Part shown: in pieces, positions 60,350-64,000 of the stretch | Layout: every line of letters begins with the position of its first letter | Numbering within the stretch: position 1 is the stretch's first letter | Program-made: the position numbers and the translations under genes | Notes under the pieces: model-generated | Database searches by the model: none | Told to the model about the DNA's origin: nothing | Seen by the model: the letters and a program-made list of their open reading frames with translations, nothing else | Assembly (NCBI GenBank): GCA_030141605.1 | Contig: JAQGDQ010000149.1 | Coordinates: forward strand, 431,619-495,618 | Length of the DNA stretch: 64,000 bases | DNA from: Tubiluchus corallicola | Lineage: Eukaryota; Animalia; Priapulida | Direction of reading: 5' to 3'

Positions 60350-63300
60350 ATATATGTTGAATATCTTGGGGTAAAGTAATACTTCTTAGTAGCTGCTCTT
60401 GTGCTATAGTTATGAATATCACTGACTAGAGTAAAATACTTTAGTTAAATTATTTGAGTAGTATTTATACATAAATTTAGCTAATTCTAACTGATGTACA
60501 TCATGTATTTTTAAAACTTGCTAGACATGAAATGAAAGTTCAGCTGGATCTGTATATCTACTAAATGTAATAATTAGACAATTTTATTTTGTGCAACGCA
60601 TATTGGCTTTAAAATTGCGTTATTGGCTGATCCCCAACAGAGTGCACAATACTCAAAATATGGATACACAAAGGACTAGCAAAGAGTTTGGCGGGTGTTT
60701 CTGTTAAGAAAATGCGGTATTTTTGAAAATAATACATTAGCTTGTTGAGCTTGTACAATATAAATTTTGAGTGCATAATCAAGTCAGTTTGTTGTCAATA
60801 TGCAACCCTAAATATTTTATGTAGGTAGTCCTTAATAATATTGACAAAAATGTATTTGTGTGTGGCATCTTCCTAGATCTGTCCAAGGCTTTTGACACTG
60901 TACAACATAATATATTACTCCAAAAAATGAAACATTATGGTATTAGAGGACTATCCCAAAATTTCTTTGCATCTTACTTGCACAACAGACAACAGTACAC
61001 TTCCATTGGAGATACTAGCTCAAATCTAACTACTATAACATGTGGAGTACCACAAGGCTCTACTCTAGGCCCGATATTGCTTCTTTTGTACATAAATGAT
61101 CTTGTAAACTGTTCAAACTTCCACACTAGAATGTTTGCAGATGACACTAATCTATTCTTAACAGATACAAAGATAATTAATTTACAAACTTCAGTTAACA
61201 GTGAATTGCATAAGATTAATCAGTGGATGAAAGCTAACAAACTGTCTATTAACTATAAAAAGACAAAATACATGCTGATTACGCCTGGCCGCAAAACAGA
61301 CGCATATGAAAATTTCCAGATTTCAATGAATAATCAAATATTAACTAGGTCTAAAGAAATTAAATACCTCGGTATGTTCATTGATGATAACTTAACATGG
61401 TCTACACAAACAAAACACATAACCTACAAAATTAGCAAAATCAAGGGCATAATTGCGAGGATAAGACACTACATAAATACAGATGTACTAAAACTAATAT
61501 ACCATGCTTTGGTTTATTCTTATCTTCACTATGGGATTCTTTCCTGGGGCACTGCATCTTCAAATACTTTAAAACCGATACAAACTCATCAAAACATTAT
61601 AGTTAAGCTGATGACATTTTCTGGTAGACGGGAACATGCAACGCCATCCTACATTAAATTGGGCCTCTTAAAACTGAATGATATCTACAAACTCGAGCTT
61701 GCAAAATTTGTATACAAATTTAAGAATAACTTACTACCAGAATTGTTTCTAAATTACTATACGCCAGCATCCGATATTCACAGTTACAACACTAGGTTTT
61801 CTACTAACAGTTCTTTCTTTATCGAACGATTTAATACATCTAAGGGTCAAACGTCGTTAAAATATCAGGGATCAGTATTATGGAACTCTCTACCTGCTCA
61901 TATAACTTCTTTACCTCTGCATTCGCTAAAAAACAGTACGCTAAGGCACTTCTTGAAGCTTACAAATAAATCAGTTTTTTTGTCTGTTAGATGTACATTC
62001 TTATGGTAACTTTTGCTTAAAAACATTTTTATGAGGTGCAAACTCACTTTTTCGCTGTTGTATTTTTGTTTTTGTATTTCTGTACGTTTGTGTATTTATT
62101 AGATGTATTTATCAGAAACAATTGTAAGGTATTTTGCTTAGTAGTTCGTAAATTTGTCATGGTTTTTGATTTTTGTCTTTTGCTGTTGTATTTTTGTTTT
62201 TTGTATTTCTGCACGTTTATGTATTTTTTAATATAGCTGTGTCTACTGTCCTTAGCGTCCTTTTGTTTACTGTCCTTTGAGAAGGGTGGTTGACTCGATA
62301 ACCTTTGGTTTTTCGCCACCCTTTCTCCTATGTTTGTTTGTATTTTTGTGTATTTTATTGTCAAATTATTGTATATGGAGGAAAATAAATTACTATTACT
62401 ATTACTATTACTATTACAAAATGTTGTTGCCCGTGTTAATAGTAAAATGGGTGTTATTTTTAAATATGACGAGTTTCTTGATATTAACATGTATTTTGTT
62501 TTAGTGTAGTTGGCTGTTAATTTATTGGCTTTCATCTAGGAATTAATTTTGTGGAGCTCATCGTTGTACTTGTGTAAGGTTAGAGAAATTTAAGAATAAG
62601 TTTCTTATCAATTGGAAATAACCATACTTGAAAATGCGAACAATTAGCAAAGTCATTTATATAAATTAGCAATAACAGTGGGCCTAAGCTGAAACATTGT
62701 GAGATGCCAAAGAACTAGCAAAATGTCAGAATTGGAATTGTTTGTGCTAGTGAACTGTCTTTTATTGTGCAAGTAAGAACTTAGTAACTGCGAGAGTGTG
62801 CCTTTTGTGCCATGATCTTCAAGTTTTTTTAGCAGTGTATGTTATTGGACAGTGTCAAAAGTTGTGTAAGATCAAGGAATATGCCACAGATGATTAAATT
62901 TTTGTCAAAGTTATTATGGATACTGTAAATTATTTCAGCTGTAGCTAGCATGACTGAATAATTTTGTCTCAATCCAGATTGATATTTGCTAAAAATATTA
63001 AGAGAAGTAAAAATTTGAGAATCTGGAGTAAATAACTAATTCGAAGATTTTGCTTGCAGGAGACAGTAAAAATATAGATTTATAGATTGGTATAATTTAT
63101 TGCATCTGGACATGTTCCTGAATTACAGATATATTTATTTGTTTAGCAAGTACAGAGGAAATAGTGTTATTGCTAAATTTGTAATATTATCTGGCACACT
63201 TTCAGGTCTCGATGATTTGGATACATTCAGTTAAGAGATCAGTGTGGAAACCTCATGTTGTAAAACAGTGTCTATAGCGATGCTTATGGGATTAGGTTGC

Positions 63301-63960
63301 CCCATGTATCTCTCATTAGGTTCTCAGAGGCTGTAATTTTGCTTTCCAGTTCGTTTCCAACAGATGCGAGAAAATCGTTTACATAGTTTGCAATACTAAC
63401 GGGGCAGAACTTATTTTTTGCATTATTATTGATTTTAGTTGGTGCAATGCCACATATCTTTTTGTTTTTTATGATTTCACTCAACGATGGCCACACGTTG
63501 TGCATTATCTTTATTTTGACTGATGCGGCTATTATAGTATTTTTCTTTGCATGCACTTTAATTTATTAAAGTATTGCTTCTACTGATATCTTTTTAATAG
63601 TGAATTGTAAAATTTGTGAGTCCTGTACATGTTGCTGCAGGTTTTTATAGAATAAGCATGCCAGGTGAAAGCAATGGTTTTTGTAATGTTATTTTTCCTT
63701 TTCTAGATAATGCTTTTCAAGATGCATGTCTTCTTAAAACTGCCTTAAATTTTAAAAGAAATGTGTTAAATTTGCTGATAAGTTCTTGTGAGGAATGTTT
63801 GAGTTTGCCGAGAAAAGCATTTTGATTGAAGTTCCGAATAAACCTAACTTTAACATTTGCTACTTATTTGTGTATGTACGAGGATTTGATTGTTGCAAGG
63901 ATAGGTAAATTGTCTCCTATAGCATACAAAACAATTCCTGGTTTGATAGGATTCACAAGA
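60350..63960 (-). mobile_element. Old decayed CR1/L2-group LINE ORF2, interrupted by a younger opposite-strand LINE
   Basis: The minus strand gives GIFLDLTQLLTLSN, LGPLLLLIYINDFANCSHF and MKANKLTANYTKTKYMLI (62450-62900). It resumes left of 60828 as TYIKYLGLHIDNKLTW..YCALCWGSA..QNKIV. Confidence 0.8.
60828..62416 (+). mobile_element. 5'-truncated young CR1/L2-group LINE (open RT 60858-62009, 3' UTR, (TACTAT)n tail)
   Basis: CGIFLDLSKAFDTVQH, GVPQGSTLGPILLLLYINDL, MFADDT and KYLGMFIDDNLTW. AATAAA is followed by a TTACTA repeat at 62384-62416. Confidence 0.92.
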
Positions 63961-63966
63961 GCATTA

Positions 63967-63967
<1 letters not shown>

Positions 63968-64000
<33 letters not shown>
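63968..64000. repeat. (TA)n microsatellite running off the window end
   Basis: Pure TA dinucleotide run. Confidence 0.95.

Noticed and set aside
62044-62535. 163-aa ORF beginning MKANKL
   Set aside because: A chimera of an old LINE RT piece and the antisense low-complexity 3' UTR of the inserted LINE.
1-64000. CRISPR arrays, tRNA/rRNA genes, prokaryotic operons or defence systems
   Set aside because: The sequence is intron-containing animal DNA. No repeat-spacer array or structural RNA gene was recognised.

Overview
AT-rich eukaryotic DNA from an invertebrate animal (a lophotrochozoan is plausible but not provable from this window). Positions 1-23 kb hold three conserved host genes, reconstructed by hand from splice sites: the last five coding exons of UBXN1 (+), a complete 8-exon seipin/BSCL2 (-) and an INTS14/VWA9 gene with an intronless CDS (-). 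Their introns and spacers carry piggyBac-, Tc1/pogo-, hAT- and Helentron-type non-autonomous elements. Positions 25-64 kb are a nested retroelement cluster. It contains a decayed BEL/Pao element with a CR1/L2-type LINE inserted in its gag, and a very young Gmr1-type Ty3/gypsy element (integrase before RNase H) whose reverse transcriptase is deleted in frame. It also contains a near-intact 12.9-kb envelope-bearing Ty3/gypsy element with gag, a -1 frameshift signal, pol, an F-type env, a candidate spliced accessory ORF and TG...TA LTR ends. That element sits about 100 bp upstream of a C-type lectin exon. Nested LINEs close the window. All family assignments come from motif recognition by eye; no database search was run.
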